In this document: positions 1 through 9,450 of the stretch, piece after piece
Position numbering within the stretch: position 1 is the first letter of the stretch
Layout of the letters: each line of letters opens with the position of its first letter
DNA from: an uncultured Sphingobacteriales bacterium
GTDB lineage: Bacteria; Bacteroidota; Bacteroidia; Chitinophagales; Chitinophagaceae
Direction of reading: 5' to 3'
Length of the DNA stretch: 64,000 nucleotides
Assembly (NCBI GenBank): GCA_963707255.1
Contig: CAVPPM010000023.1
Location: 222,687-286,686, forward strand
Notes under the pieces: model-generated
What the model was told of the DNA's origin: nothing
Database searches by the model: none
What the model saw: only the letters and a program-made list of their open reading frames with translations
Program-made: the position numbers and the translations under genes

Positions 1-31
1 GCGGTGTTATTTTTACAGGGAGAAATCATGT

Positions 32-511
32 TTGATGATAAATGACAGGGGGCTCACGATCTATACCGATGGAGCCGCACGCGGTAATCCAGGCAAAGGT
101 GGTTATGGAACGATATTGATATGGAAAGGTGTGGCCAAAGAATTGTCCGCCGGATTCCGATTAACCACTAACAACCGGATGGAAATTATGAGTGTAATCG
201 CCGGATTGGAAGCACTCAAAAAGAAGGGATTGAATATCACTGTTTATTCCGATAGCCAGTATGTTGTTCGATCAGTGTCAGAAGGATGGCTGAATAACTG
301 GATAAAATCTGATTTTAAGGGTGGGAAGAAGAATGCCGACTTATGGAGAAAGTATCACGCCCTGGCGAAGGATCATTATGTAAAATTCGTGTGGGTGAAG
401 GGTCATGCAGACAACCCCTATAATAACAGGTGCGATGAACTGGCAACTGAAGCAGCGGATGGACATAACCTGCAAATTGATGAGGGTTATGAGTCCGGCA
501 GGACAGTATAA
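32..511 (+). CDS. rnhA: Ribonuclease HI
   Basis: YTDGAARGNPG, TTNNRME, YSDSQY and WVKGH...N.RCDELA RNase H motifs. Confidence 0.95.
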   Translation: MMINDRGLTIYTDGAARGNPGKGGYGTILIWKGVAKELSAGFRLTTNNRMEIMSVIAGLEALKKKGLNITVYSDSQYVVRSVSEGWLNNWIKSDFKGGKKNADLWRKYHALAKDHYVKFVWVKGHADNPYNNRCDELATEAADGHNLQIDEGYESGRTV

Positions 512-593
512 TCAGTCTGATTGGAATGAATGGAAGCGCATTTATAAACTCGTGTGGCGCCTGACAGATCCTATGGTAAAGTAATCTTATGGC

Positions 594-1154
594 TCAGATT
601 GTCCGGCCTTCTTTAACAGGTTTTGTCAACAGGTAATAAGATCCGAAAAGAATGGCACTAAAGAAGAGTGTGGCTGCTATGCTGGTCCGGAAAAACGGCA
701 GCGCATCATTATAACACATCAATAAACCTTCCAGTGTTTTGGGCCTTGCCAATCCGGCGCCTGCCATCCAAACCAAAAAATTTGAAGTTATAAAATACAG
801 GGCCGGACCGGCAACTGAACCGGCTATAATGCTTGGTATATTCTTTTCCTTAATAAAAAATCCTACCACGGTGAGGAGGCCGAACAGGACATAGTTGGCC
901 AGCTGGCCTTCATAAAATCCGGGAATGGTACCGGCCCCTGAAAGAAAATATAAATGATACAGCAGGTCAGATATGAACATGGAAAGTAATGGTAAGGCAA
1001 AAGCATATTTACGGTCTTTAACGACAGATCCTGCAAATAAGGCCATAGCAATTTGCGGGGCAAAACCCCATGGCCGTCCAGGCATCACCCGGTAAAGGGC
1101 CGCGATCAGCACCAGTAAGACAAAACTGAACACGACATTCCTGCTAAGCTTCAT
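594..1154 (-). CDS. Integral membrane protein, DUF6580-like (possible solitary ECF S-component-type transporter)
   Basis: About 6 hydrophobic segments; R-x-x-P...FAP..AMALF and FITSNF.VW...Y..ALPFF patterns. Confidence 0.6.
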   Translation of the reverse strand: MKLSRNVVFSFVLLVLIAALYRVMPGRPWGFAPQIAMALFAGSVVKDRKYAFALPLLSMFISDLLYHLYFLSGAGTIPGFYEGQLANYVLFGLLTVVGFFIKEKNIPSIIAGSVAGPALYFITSNFLVWMAGAGLARPKTLEGLLMCYNDALPFFRTSIAATLFFSAILFGSYYLLTKPVKEGRTI

Positions 1155-1174
1155 ACCATTTTTCTTTTAGGAGG

Positions 1175-1182
1175 CAAAAATA
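1175..1182 (-). promoter_or_regulatory. Bacteroidota -7 box (TATTTTTG)
   Basis: Matches TAnnTTTG about 20 nt upstream of the ATG at 1154. Confidence 0.5.
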
Positions 1183-1242
1183 GCCAATAATTCTTGCCCG
1201 CCCATTTTTTAAGTCCACAGTTTTAGCCCTTAATGTGAATTA

Positions 1243-2427
1243 TCAGGGTACCCAGGCTTTCACCAGTTTCAGGCTTTCATGGCTGTTGATAATAATATTT
1301 TCACCGTTTGCGGCAAAATATGCCCTGCCTTTTTCCATAGGCCAGCTCCCCGAACCCTCAGCTACACCTTTACCGCTAAGGGTAAATAATATTTCGGGAC
1401 CATCGGCGATGAATTCATATTTATCACCGGCAGGAATATATATACTGCTAAGGCTGAAGTCGGGTACGGGACACAGGTACTTTGATTCCATCTGACCCTT
1501 CATACCTTCCATAATTTCCGGGGTAACCGCTTCAAAGCGGATATGCTTCATCAACTCATTAACGTCAACATACTTGGGGGTCAGTCCGCCTCTCAATACA
1601 TTATCGGAATTCGACATCAGTTCAATGTTTTGTCCCTCCAGGTAAGCGTGCGGTACTCCGGCGCCCTGGAATATGGCTTGTCCTTCCTGGAGCCTGACCA
1701 GGTTAAAAAAGTAAATGGAAAATATTCCACGGTCCATGGTTCCCGGGTAAGTGATCATGGCCCTGGCTGCCCAGAAATCAGGATCTGACTTTGGAATTTT
1801 TCCTGCTGCATACAATGGCAATATTTTCTCTGCCAGTGGCTGCAGCATTTTGTCCACGGCATCCTGGGGAAGATTCATCACGTACTGGTAAAGTCCCTTG
1901 TATCCGGCCTTTTCAAAAACCGGAAGCAGTATATTCAGCGTTTCATTATTCTCAAGTAGTTCTGCTAAATCAGTTTCACTACGAAAACCATGCAATAACC
2001 AGAATTCTCCGAGGGCAAGCATGATTTCGGGCTTGTGGTTCTTATCCTTGTAATTCCGGTTAGGGGCATCATGGGGAATGCCTGCGGCATTTTCTCTTTC
2101 AAATCCTTCCAAGGCTTCATCCTTTGCCGGATGTACCTGGATCGAAAGCATATCCTTAACATCAAGGACCTTCAGCAGGTAGGGAAGATCATTAAAAAGG
2201 GGTACCAACCGCTTCCCCAGGTATCGCCGCGGTTCAGATCTGATAAGGTTTTCAAGTCCTGTATAGGCATTGCCAGATAACTGCACAGTGGCCACAGCCT
2301 GGTGGTGTATGCCCATCCAGTACTCCGCAAAAGGCAGGTCTTCACTGTTGGAAATACCAAGTAATTCGGGGATAAATGCTTTTCCGCCCCATGCGTAGTG
2401 CTGTACCTTGCCTTTAATTGGAAACAT
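1243..2427 (-). CDS. manA: Mannose-6-phosphate isomerase, class I
   Basis: YAWG, AEYWMG, LPYLLKVL, LSIQVHP, NYKD.NHKPE, HAYL.G, SDNVLRGGLTPK. Confidence 0.95.
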   Translation of the reverse strand: MFPIKGKVQHYAWGGKAFIPELLGISNSEDLPFAEYWMGIHHQAVATVQLSGNAYTGLENLIRSEPRRYLGKRLVPLFNDLPYLLKVLDVKDMLSIQVHPAKDEALEGFERENAAGIPHDAPNRNYKDKNHKPEIMLALGEFWLLHGFRSETDLAELLENNETLNILLPVFEKAGYKGLYQYVMNLPQDAVDKMLQPLAEKILPLYAAGKIPKSDPDFWAARAMITYPGTMDRGIFSIYFFNLVRLQEGQAIFQGAGVPHAYLEGQNIELMSNSDNVLRGGLTPKYVDVNELMKHIRFEAVTPEIMEGMKGQMESKYLCPVPDFSLSSIYIPAGDKYEFIADGPEILFTLSGKGVAEGSGSWPMEKGRAYFAANGENIIINSHESLKLVKAWVP

Positions 2428-2467
2428 CTTTTTCTTATTGTGCGGCTAAGATAATTACAATGGGGTT

Positions 2468-2821
2468 ATGACTAAACATCAAATCACCGGTCAGACAGGT
2501 GAAATGCTGGCAAGGCAATATTTTGAAACAAGGGAATACGAGATCTTGCATAATAACTGGCGGCATGGCCACCTGGAACTGGATATTATCGCGAGGAAAG
2601 ACGGCGTACTTCACTTTATTGAAGTCAAAACTTTAGTGGAAGGATCTGCCGGGCTACCCGAAGAAAGTGTACACCGGAAAAAAATGATGAACCTGTTACG
2701 CGCGGCTGAACTGTTTATGATAAAATCCGGGTGCAGTGGACCAATCCAGTTTGATGTGCTTGCGATCGTACTCAAAAAAACACAGCACGAGTTTTTCCTG
2801 TTGGAAGACGTTTACATCTAG
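2468..2821 (+). CDS. yraN: YraN family (UPF0102) nuclease-fold protein
   Basis: G..GE.LA, NWR...ELDIIA, FIEVKT, FDVLAI. Confidence 0.9.
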   Translation: MTKHQITGQTGEMLARQYFETREYEILHNNWRHGHLELDIIARKDGVLHFIEVKTLVEGSAGLPEESVHRKKMMNLLRAAELFMIKSGCSGPIQFDVLAIVLKKTQHEFFLLEDVYI

Positions 2822-2849
2822 TTGAGAGTTGAGGGTTGAGTGTTGAGAG
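2821..2849 (+). repeat. Tandem heptamer GTTGAGN x4
   Basis: GTTGAGA GTTGAGG GTTGAGT GTTGAGA, starting in the yraN stop codon. Confidence 0.9.
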
Positions 2850-2875
2850 TGATTGAAACCTGACAGAGTATACTT

Positions 2876-2931
2876 TGCGTCTTTGCCTTCTCTGCGTCTT
2901 TGTGTCCTGCGTCTTTGCCTTCTCTGCGTCT
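2876..2931 (+). repeat. 24-bp exact direct repeat TGCGTCTTTGCCTTCTCTGCGTCT (period 32)
   Basis: Copies at 2876-2899 and 2908-2931. Confidence 0.9.
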
Positions 2932-2935
2932 CTTG

Positions 2936-3475
2936 TTACTTGGGTTTGATGATGGTGTTATACAATTTATGCCCGTTAAGGGTGGCCATCTCCATCATTT
3001 TCTCCACCATTTTGTACGTGGCGGGGCAATATGCTACATTCTGTGAGTGTACGTGAAGATATTCCTTTGCTTTCTTTTTGGTAAGATGTGGAAATCCAGC
3101 ACAATCTGCAGGCCTTATCTCATATATCCCGCACATATTTGTGTTCAGGTCAAGAAACTGGCAAGGCTGCTGTACATTCATCCAGTCACCGATATCATCC
3201 TTATATAAATATTTTTTCTTGAACTCAGATGGAGTCATTTCCAGGTGATGAGAAATCCTTTTTATGTCGGCAGGTGTAAATGTGGGGCTCATCGTTTTAC
3301 AACAATTCGCACAACTCAGGCAATCCGTTTCCTGCCAAACCGCCTTGTCAGCTGCAACAGTCCACTCATCGAGTTTCTTAGGCGGGTTCTTTTCAAGGCG
3401 TGTAAGGAAACTTCTCATCCTTTTCTTGTACCGCCTGACCTTTAGCCTGAATGATCTGAGATTAACGGGTACCAT
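2936..3475 (-). CDS. YkgJ family cysteine-cluster protein
   Basis: CLSCANCC, PCQFL, CGIYEIRPADC..FP. Confidence 0.9.
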   Translation of the reverse strand: MVPVNLRSFRLKVRRYKKRMRSFLTRLEKNPPKKLDEWTVAADKAVWQETDCLSCANCCKTMSPTFTPADIKRISHHLEMTPSEFKKKYLYKDDIGDWMNVQQPCQFLDLNTNMCGIYEIRPADCAGFPHLTKKKAKEYLHVHSQNVAYCPATYKMVEKMMEMATLNGHKLYNTIIKPK

Positions 3476-3539
3476 AGTACAATATGAACGGCAAATATGA
3501 ATTAAACCATTGTACGTACAAAAATTTTATTTTGCATCT

Positions 3540-4439
3540 ATGTGGGAACCATACCGGAATGGATTCAAAGCGCATCTGCAACTTGAGAGATCTCTTTCTT
3601 CTGCATCAGTGGATGCCTATCTTGGTGACCTTGACAAGCTTATCCAGTATCTTTCCCTGTATCATACCCAGGCAACGCCTGCTTCAGTGACCATGGAACA
3701 GTTACAGGCATTTATAAAATGGGCCGCTGAACTTGGCATGACTGCTTCTTCTCAATCCAGGCTGATCAGTGGTATCCGTAGTTTCTTCAAATATTGCATC
3801 GCTGAACAGTTGCTGACCAGGGATCCAACACAACTGGTAGACATACCAAGATTAAAACGTTCCCTGCCTGAAGTCCTGAGTTTTGATGAAATAGAATCCA
3901 TGATCGCCAAAATTGATCACTCAAAACCAGATGGACAAAGAAACAGGGCGATCATTGAAACGATGTACAGTTGCGGACTGAGGGTGAGTGAAGCGGTGAA
4001 CCTTTCATTCTCCTGGCTCTATCTTGACGTAGGTTTTATACGGGTGATCGGCAAGGGTAACAAAGAAAGACTGGTCCCTATCGGCAGTGAAGCGATTAAA
4101 TATATCAGGCTTTATCTTTCCCATACCCGAAATACGATCACCGTAGCAAAAGGAAACGAAGATTTTATTTTCCTCAACAGAAGAGGAACAAAGCTTTCAA
4201 GGGTAATGATCTTTATGATCATTAAAGAACTGGCCAGGAAAGCCGGCATTTCCAAAAACATATCACCCCATACTTTACGGCATTCCTTTGCCACTCACCT
4301 GGTAGAGGGAGGTGCAGACCTCCGGGCAGTTCAGGATATGCTTGGTCATGAAAGCATCACTACCACGGAGATCTACACACACCTCGACAGGGAATTTTTG
4401 AGAGACACACTGATCAGGTTTCATCCAGCGTATAAGTAG
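3540..4439 (+). CDS. xerD: Tyrosine recombinase XerD
   Basis: GLRVSE, GKGNKERLVP, SPHTLRHSFATHL, LGHESITTTEIYTH; ATG at 3540 preferred over the track start at 3510. Confidence 0.9.
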   Translation: MWEPYRNGFKAHLQLERSLSSASVDAYLGDLDKLIQYLSLYHTQATPASVTMEQLQAFIKWAAELGMTASSQSRLISGIRSFFKYCIAEQLLTRDPTQLVDIPRLKRSLPEVLSFDEIESMIAKIDHSKPDGQRNRAIIETMYSCGLRVSEAVNLSFSWLYLDVGFIRVIGKGNKERLVPIGSEAIKYIRLYLSHTRNTITVAKGNEDFIFLNRRGTKLSRVMIFMIIKELARKAGISKNISPHTLRHSFATHLVEGGADLRAVQDMLGHESITTTEIYTHLDREFLRDTLIRFHPAYK

Positions 4440-4504
4440 TTGAGGGTTGAGGGTTGGGGGTTGAGGGTTAACTCTCAACCCTCAACTCTCAACCCTCAAC
4501 TACT
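4435..4504. repeat. 70-bp palindrome built from TTGAGGG heptamers between convergent genes
   Basis: 35-bp arms centred on GTT|AAC with 3 mismatches, all G-T. Confidence 0.9.
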
Positions 4505-6411
4505 ACCTTCCCGACAATCCTCCCGAAAGCCTTGAGGCCTTTTCTGCAAGGGTCAGAAACTCCGCCCGGTAACCTCCAGGGTCCTTGCCAACGGCCGACC
4601 TGGCCATTCTTATCACCGATTCATAGCTGCCGCTTCCTTTAAATTCCGAATGCGACAATAACATTCCCATCTGTGCAACGGCAGAAGCAAAACGGAACTG
4701 ATCTGATGTATTCTCCCAGCGCACATATTTATTTTTCACATTTTTTACTATCAGTTTACTGATATTTTCATCCGGCTTTTTATACCGGAACTTCACGGTC
4801 ATCATCTCTTCATTAAATACTTTTTTAGGCTGATTGTTTTGCTGGTATTTAAGCGGATCCACACTATTCAATAATTCAGTCTGAACACCTGCAGGAATAA
4901 TTTCATACAGTGCAGTTACGGTATGGCCGCTTCCCAGTTCACCGGCATCCTTGATATCATTATTGAAATCTTCCTTGTTGAGCATCCTGTTTTCATAACC
5001 GATCAGGCGGTAGCCCTGGACATATGCAGGATTAAATTCTATCTGGAGCTTCACATCCTTGGCAATGGTGAACATGGTTCCACCAAATTCATTCACGAGG
5101 ACTTTTTTTGCTTCACTGAGCTGATCTATATAGGCATGATTGCCATTACCCTTATTTGACAACTTTTGCATCTTGGCATCCTGGTAATTTCCAGTACCAA
5201 ATCCAAGTACGGTCAGAAATACGCCGGATTTTCTTTCTTCTTCGATCATCCGTTCCAATTCGTCGTCACTGCTGGCGCCAACATTAAAATCACCATCGGT
5301 GCAAAGGATCACACGGTTGTTTCCACCTTTTACAAAATTTCTTTTTGCGGTGGCATAAGCCAGCCTGATGCCCTGTCCGCCTGCCGTTGACCCACCCGCT
5401 TCGAGCTGTTCAATGGCATTGATGATCCTGTTCTTGTCCCCTCCGCTGGTGGGTGATAATACCAGTCCGGCAGATCCGGCATATACTACAATCGATACCA
5501 TATCTTCTTCCCTCAACTGGTCGGTAAGCAGCCTGAGCGATGATTTTACCAGCGGCAGTTTATCTGGCGATTGCATTGAACCTGATACGTCAATCAGGAA
5601 GGTCAGGTTTGACGCAGGAAGGGTTTCCATGGGAACTTTTTTGCCCTGCAGTCCAATCATTACCAGGCGGTGTTCTTCATTCCATGGGCACTCCGCCATT
5701 TCGGTGTGTATGGCAAAGGGATCACCATTATTCGGTTGTGCGTAACCGTATTGAAAATAATTGATCATCTCCTCTACCCTTACGGCGCCGTCAGGCGGCA
5801 ATTGGTTATTGTTCAGGAATCGACGGACATTGCTGTATGATGCCCCGTCCACATCAATGGAAAAAGTGGACAGGGGTTCGTCTGCCACTTTCCGGAAATT
5901 ATTTTCCGTAATACGGTCGTACCCCTCACGATTATAATCGCCGGGCTGATAAGACGGCCCCTGGGAATACAAGCGATTCTTATTATTGGTCCTTGAAGGG
6001 GCACCATGAGTATAAATGTCGACCCCGGCTGCCTTGCCCTCTATTTGCTGGCTTCCTGTGATATCTTTTTTGTTGTGCGGCGGCGTACCGGTAACCACAA
6101 CCTCTTCAAGGTGTTGTTCCGATGTTTTCAATGTGATCGACAGATTTCCTTTTAGTGCCGGGCTTTATTTCACGACTTTCGTAGCCCACGCAACGAATAA
6201 CAATAATCGATTTTTCATCAGGAATAGTAATCGTGAAAAAGCCGGACTGGTCTGTTACTGTTCCCATTTTCGTGCCTTTAACAATGATACTCGCCCCTTC
6301 TACCGGGTTGCCTTCGGTGTCAGTTATGGTTCCTGTAATGGTGACAGATTCTTTTAGCTGAAAGGCCTGCATCGTAGCAAGGCCCAGCAATAACATAATG
6401 ATGTAGCGCAT
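4503..6411 (-). CDS. Exported YfbK-like vWA domain protein with N-terminal carboxypeptidase-regulatory-like domain; split by a probable +1 error near 6144-6153
   Basis: Signal peptide, ITGTITD..G.P..GASI, STFSIDVD.ASY, DVSGS MIDAS, TDGDFNVG, LIGYENR; two track ORFs join by removing one A. Confidence 0.85.
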
Positions 6412-6491
6412 AAGCAAGATTTTTCAGCAGGATGCATACCAAAATCTTTTTACATACGTCTACTTAAAAAAAATGATAATTTGTCGGGCGA

Positions 6492-7076
6492 ATGGGCATA
6501 CTGAAAGTCATACATGGTGATCAACGAAGTGACCAGGAACTGGTGCAGCGTTACAGGCAAACAGCTGACCTTCAGTTGCTCGCTGTTCTTTACCAGCGGT
6601 ATATGGACCTGGTGTATGGTGTATGCCTGAAATATTTTCATGATCCTGAAGAGAGTAAGGATGCTGTAATGAATATTTTTGAAGAACTCGTGGACAAGCT
6701 CAGGATACATGAAGTGGATAATTTCAGGAGCTGGCTTCATGTATTGGCCAAAAATCACTGCCTTATGCAGTTGCGAAAAAAAAACAGGGTCAGGACGGCA
6801 GATATCGACATATCCCTTATGCAATCTTCGGAAGATGTGCATCATAACGGCGTAATGGACCGGGAGGAACAGCTGACATTGATGGAAGATTGCATGGAAA
6901 CCCTTCCCGAAGAGCAAAAACGCAGCGTCAGGCTGTTTTACCTGCAAGGCAAATGTTATAATGAAATTGCAGCGCTGACAGGACTGGAATGGAATAAGGT
7001 GAGGAGCCAGATACAGAATGGTAAAAGAAACCTGAGGCTCTGTATGGAAAAAAAACAACATAATCCAGAACATTGA
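6492..7076 (+). CDS. ECF sigma-70 factor
   Basis: LY.RY..LVY, F.SWL..LAKN.C, region 4 LP..Q...Y.EIA...VRS.IQ.GKRNLR. Confidence 0.9.
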   Translation: MGILKVIHGDQRSDQELVQRYRQTADLQLLAVLYQRYMDLVYGVCLKYFHDPEESKDAVMNIFEELVDKLRIHEVDNFRSWLHVLAKNHCLMQLRKKNRVRTADIDISLMQSSEDVHHNGVMDREEQLTLMEDCMETLPEEQKRSVRLFYLQGKCYNEIAALTGLEWNKVRSQIQNGKRNLRLCMEKKQHNPEH

Positions 7077-8494
7077 GTGATCAACACACATACGGCGATT
7101 TTAACAGCGATGACATACGACGCTACCTGGAGGGCAGGATGAGCCCCGAAGAAATGCATCGTATAGAAAAAGCTGCCCTTGATGATCCCTTCCTGGCTGA
7201 TGCCATGGAAGGTTTTGCCGCTACTGCCATTGATGTAAAGAGTGACCTGGCTGAACTCGGGCAGAGACTATCGGAACGCACAGAGGCCAGTGACAAAAAA
7301 CGGTTTGGCTGGTGGAGAATTGCCGCGATGCTCATACTGGTCCTGGGCGCATCCACCGCAGCCTGGTATCTTTCCAAACCAATAGCAGAGAATCCCACGC
7401 TGGCGAAAAATGAAGAACTACGACAGATTCCGGCCACAGATACGCCGACAGCAAAAATGGCACCTGCATATGATTCAACGGCTACGGCTAACCGAAATTT
7501 TGCCGTTCCCGAAAGCATTGCGGTCAGTCCGAAGATATCCGGTGAGCGCGATAAAGGGAAAACTGTTGAAACAGAAATGCATGCGCCTTCTGTGGCAGCA
7601 GCTGAACTGAAAGTAAATGAGCCTTCTGTGTCTGCAGCTGACCAGCAAGACAAAAAAATGTCAGTGGCCAGCGTTGAAAAACAAAAGCTGGCTAAAGAAA
7701 AATCTGCAACACCCGGGATCAGCTCCCTGCCAAAAGACGCCGATATTGCAGCGGCAGGAGCACGTTCAAAAAATGAAGCAGCACCTGTGTCAGAAGATAA
7801 AATTGCTGACGCAAGAAAGTTTGCCCCCGCAAAATCAGCACCATCAACATCAGCGCCCTCCGCCAGGCAAAACAGTTCAGCACCATCATATTATTTCAAG
7901 GGAAGGGTGACGGATGAAAATAACCAACCTGTTCCCTATGCCAGTATCAGGATAACGAATGCGCAGGGACGGGGAACATATACTGACGTTCAGGGAAGGT
8001 TTAGTATGGTTTCGTCAGACAGTATTCTTTATACTGATATAATATCCGTTGGATACAACAAAAAGAAGGTCACCCTGCAGGCCATTTCAGATCCGGTGCA
8101 GATTCACCTGGAGACCTCTTCGTCAGCATTAAATGAAACAGTGGTGCGTGACGGCAGGCAGAAAACTGCAAAAGCGGAAGAAGACACCGGAGATGTGGAA
8201 GAAAAAACTACAATGCCTCATGCGGAACCTGCTGACGGCTGGTCCTTATATGAAATTTATATTAAAAATAACCTGCGGGTACCCGTAACACCAGGTGCGA
8301 TTCCACTGAAGGGTACCGTAACCGTCTCATTCTATGTTGATCCTGAAAAAGGCAGGTTATATGATTTCAGGATTGAGAAATCCCTGGGTATCCTGCATGA
8401 TAAAGAGGCCATAAGGGTATTGAAAGACGGACCTACATGGGACGTTTATAATACGGATTCAAGGCTTAGAACCAGTTATACCATCGTTTTTTAA
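7073..8494 (+). CDS. Putative anti-sigma factor: cytoplasmic N-domain, TM, low-complexity linker, carboxypeptidase-regulatory-like domain, TonB-C-like domain
   Basis: TTG start overlaps the sigma stop; IRRYLEG.MS..E.H..E...LDDPFLADA.EG; WWRIAA TM; KGTVTVSF.V...KSLG...DKEAIRVLK.GP.W. Confidence 0.7.
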   Translation: MSDQHTYGDFNSDDIRRYLEGRMSPEEMHRIEKAALDDPFLADAMEGFAATAIDVKSDLAELGQRLSERTEASDKKRFGWWRIAAMLILVLGASTAAWYLSKPIAENPTLAKNEELRQIPATDTPTAKMAPAYDSTATANRNFAVPESIAVSPKISGERDKGKTVETEMHAPSVAAAELKVNEPSVSAADQQDKKMSVASVEKQKLAKEKSATPGISSLPKDADIAAAGARSKNEAAPVSEDKIADARKFAPAKSAPSTSAPSARQNSSAPSYYFKGRVTDENNQPVPYASIRITNAQGRGTYTDVQGRFSMVSSDSILYTDIISVGYNKKKVTLQAISDPVQIHLETSSSALNETVVRDGRQKTAKAEEDTGDVEEKTTMPHAEPADGWSLYEIYIKNNLRVPVTPGAIPLKGTVTVSFYVDPEKGRLYDFRIEKSLGILHDKEAIRVLKDGPTWDVYNTDSRLRTSYTIVF

Positions 8495-8538
8495 CCCCTG
8501 CCGGCTTTTCCCGTTATTTATTTCGAGAAAGTAATCCT

Positions 8539-8546
8539 TACTTTTG
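8539..8546 (+). promoter_or_regulatory. Bacteroidota -7 box (TACTTTTG)
   Basis: TAnnTTTG 17 nt upstream of the ATG at 8564. Confidence 0.55.
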
Positions 8547-8563
8547 CGCAAAATAGTTTTGCC

Positions 8564-9397
8564 ATGAAGAAATTAATGCTTTTTACTGTCCTCTCCTGCG
8601 GACTGCTTCTTGCAGATGCCCAATCTATCAAGACGCCATCTCCCTCTACTACCCAAACCGTAAAACAGGAATTTGGCCTGTCTACCATAGAACTTTCTTA
8701 TTCCCGCCCCAATGTTAAAGGAAGGACGGTTTTCGGTGACCTGGTCCCTTATAATGCAGTTTGGCGCACCGGTGCAAACTCGGCCACTACATTGAAATTT
8801 GGAGATGAAGTCATCATTGGCGGCACTAAAGTTCCTGCCGGAACCTATGGTTTGCTGTCCATACCCGGTGCAACAGAATGGACCGTAATCATTACAAAGC
8901 AAACCGATGTAACCTCACCTGCTGCCTATAAAGCTGACCAGGACGTTGTAAGGTTAAAGGCCAAGGCTGAATCAATGCCCTTTAGCATTGAAAGCTTTAC
9001 CATAATGTTTGATAATGTAAAGGCCAACAGTCTTGATATGGTATTATTATGGGATAAAACTGCCGTCATTTTTCCTATTACAGCTGATATTGATTCCAAA
9101 ATCGTTGCACAGATTGATAACGCAATGAATAAGGACAACAAACCTTATTTCCAGTCGGCCATGTACTATCTGGAAACCGGCAAAGACCTGAACAAGGCCA
9201 ACGAATGGTTCGATAAGGCCATCCAGCAGAATCCAAATGCTTTCTGGATTTATCATCAGAAAGCCAATTGCCTGGCAAAAATGGGTAAAAAGCCTGAAGC
9301 AATTACAGCAGCCAATAAATCGATTGAACTTGCTAAAGTTGCAAAGAATGACGACTATGTTGCCTTGAATAATAAACTGCTGGCTACCTTAAAATAA
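8564..9397 (+). CDS. DUF2911 domain exported protein with C-terminal TPR
   Basis: Signal peptide; YSRP..KGR.VFG.LVPY..VWRTGAN; TPR-like helices. Confidence 0.85.
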   Translation: MKKLMLFTVLSCGLLLADAQSIKTPSPSTTQTVKQEFGLSTIELSYSRPNVKGRTVFGDLVPYNAVWRTGANSATTLKFGDEVIIGGTKVPAGTYGLLSIPGATEWTVIITKQTDVTSPAAYKADQDVVRLKAKAESMPFSIESFTIMFDNVKANSLDMVLLWDKTAVIFPITADIDSKIVAQIDNAMNKDNKPYFQSAMYYLETGKDLNKANEWFDKAIQQNPNAFWIYHQKANCLAKMGKKPEAITAANKSIELAKVAKNDDYVALNNKLLATLK

Positions 9398-9407
9398 TGA
9401 CTGCCCG

Positions 9408-9449
9408 ATAAAAAAAGAGGAGCTGACACATCAGCTCCTCTTTTTTTAT
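9408..9449. terminator. Bidirectional intrinsic terminator
   Basis: A7-GAGGAGCTGA-caca-TCAGCTCCTC-T7 between convergent genes. Confidence 0.9.
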
Positions 9450-9450
9450 G

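Noticed and set aside
2821-2931. CRISPR-like array
   Set aside because: Only two 24-bp copies with an 8-nt spacer and no cas genes
2821-4504. Integrative element: recombinase flanked by repeats
   Set aside because: The recombinase looks like housekeeping XerD, there is no cargo or att/tRNA site, and the heptamers also occur far from it
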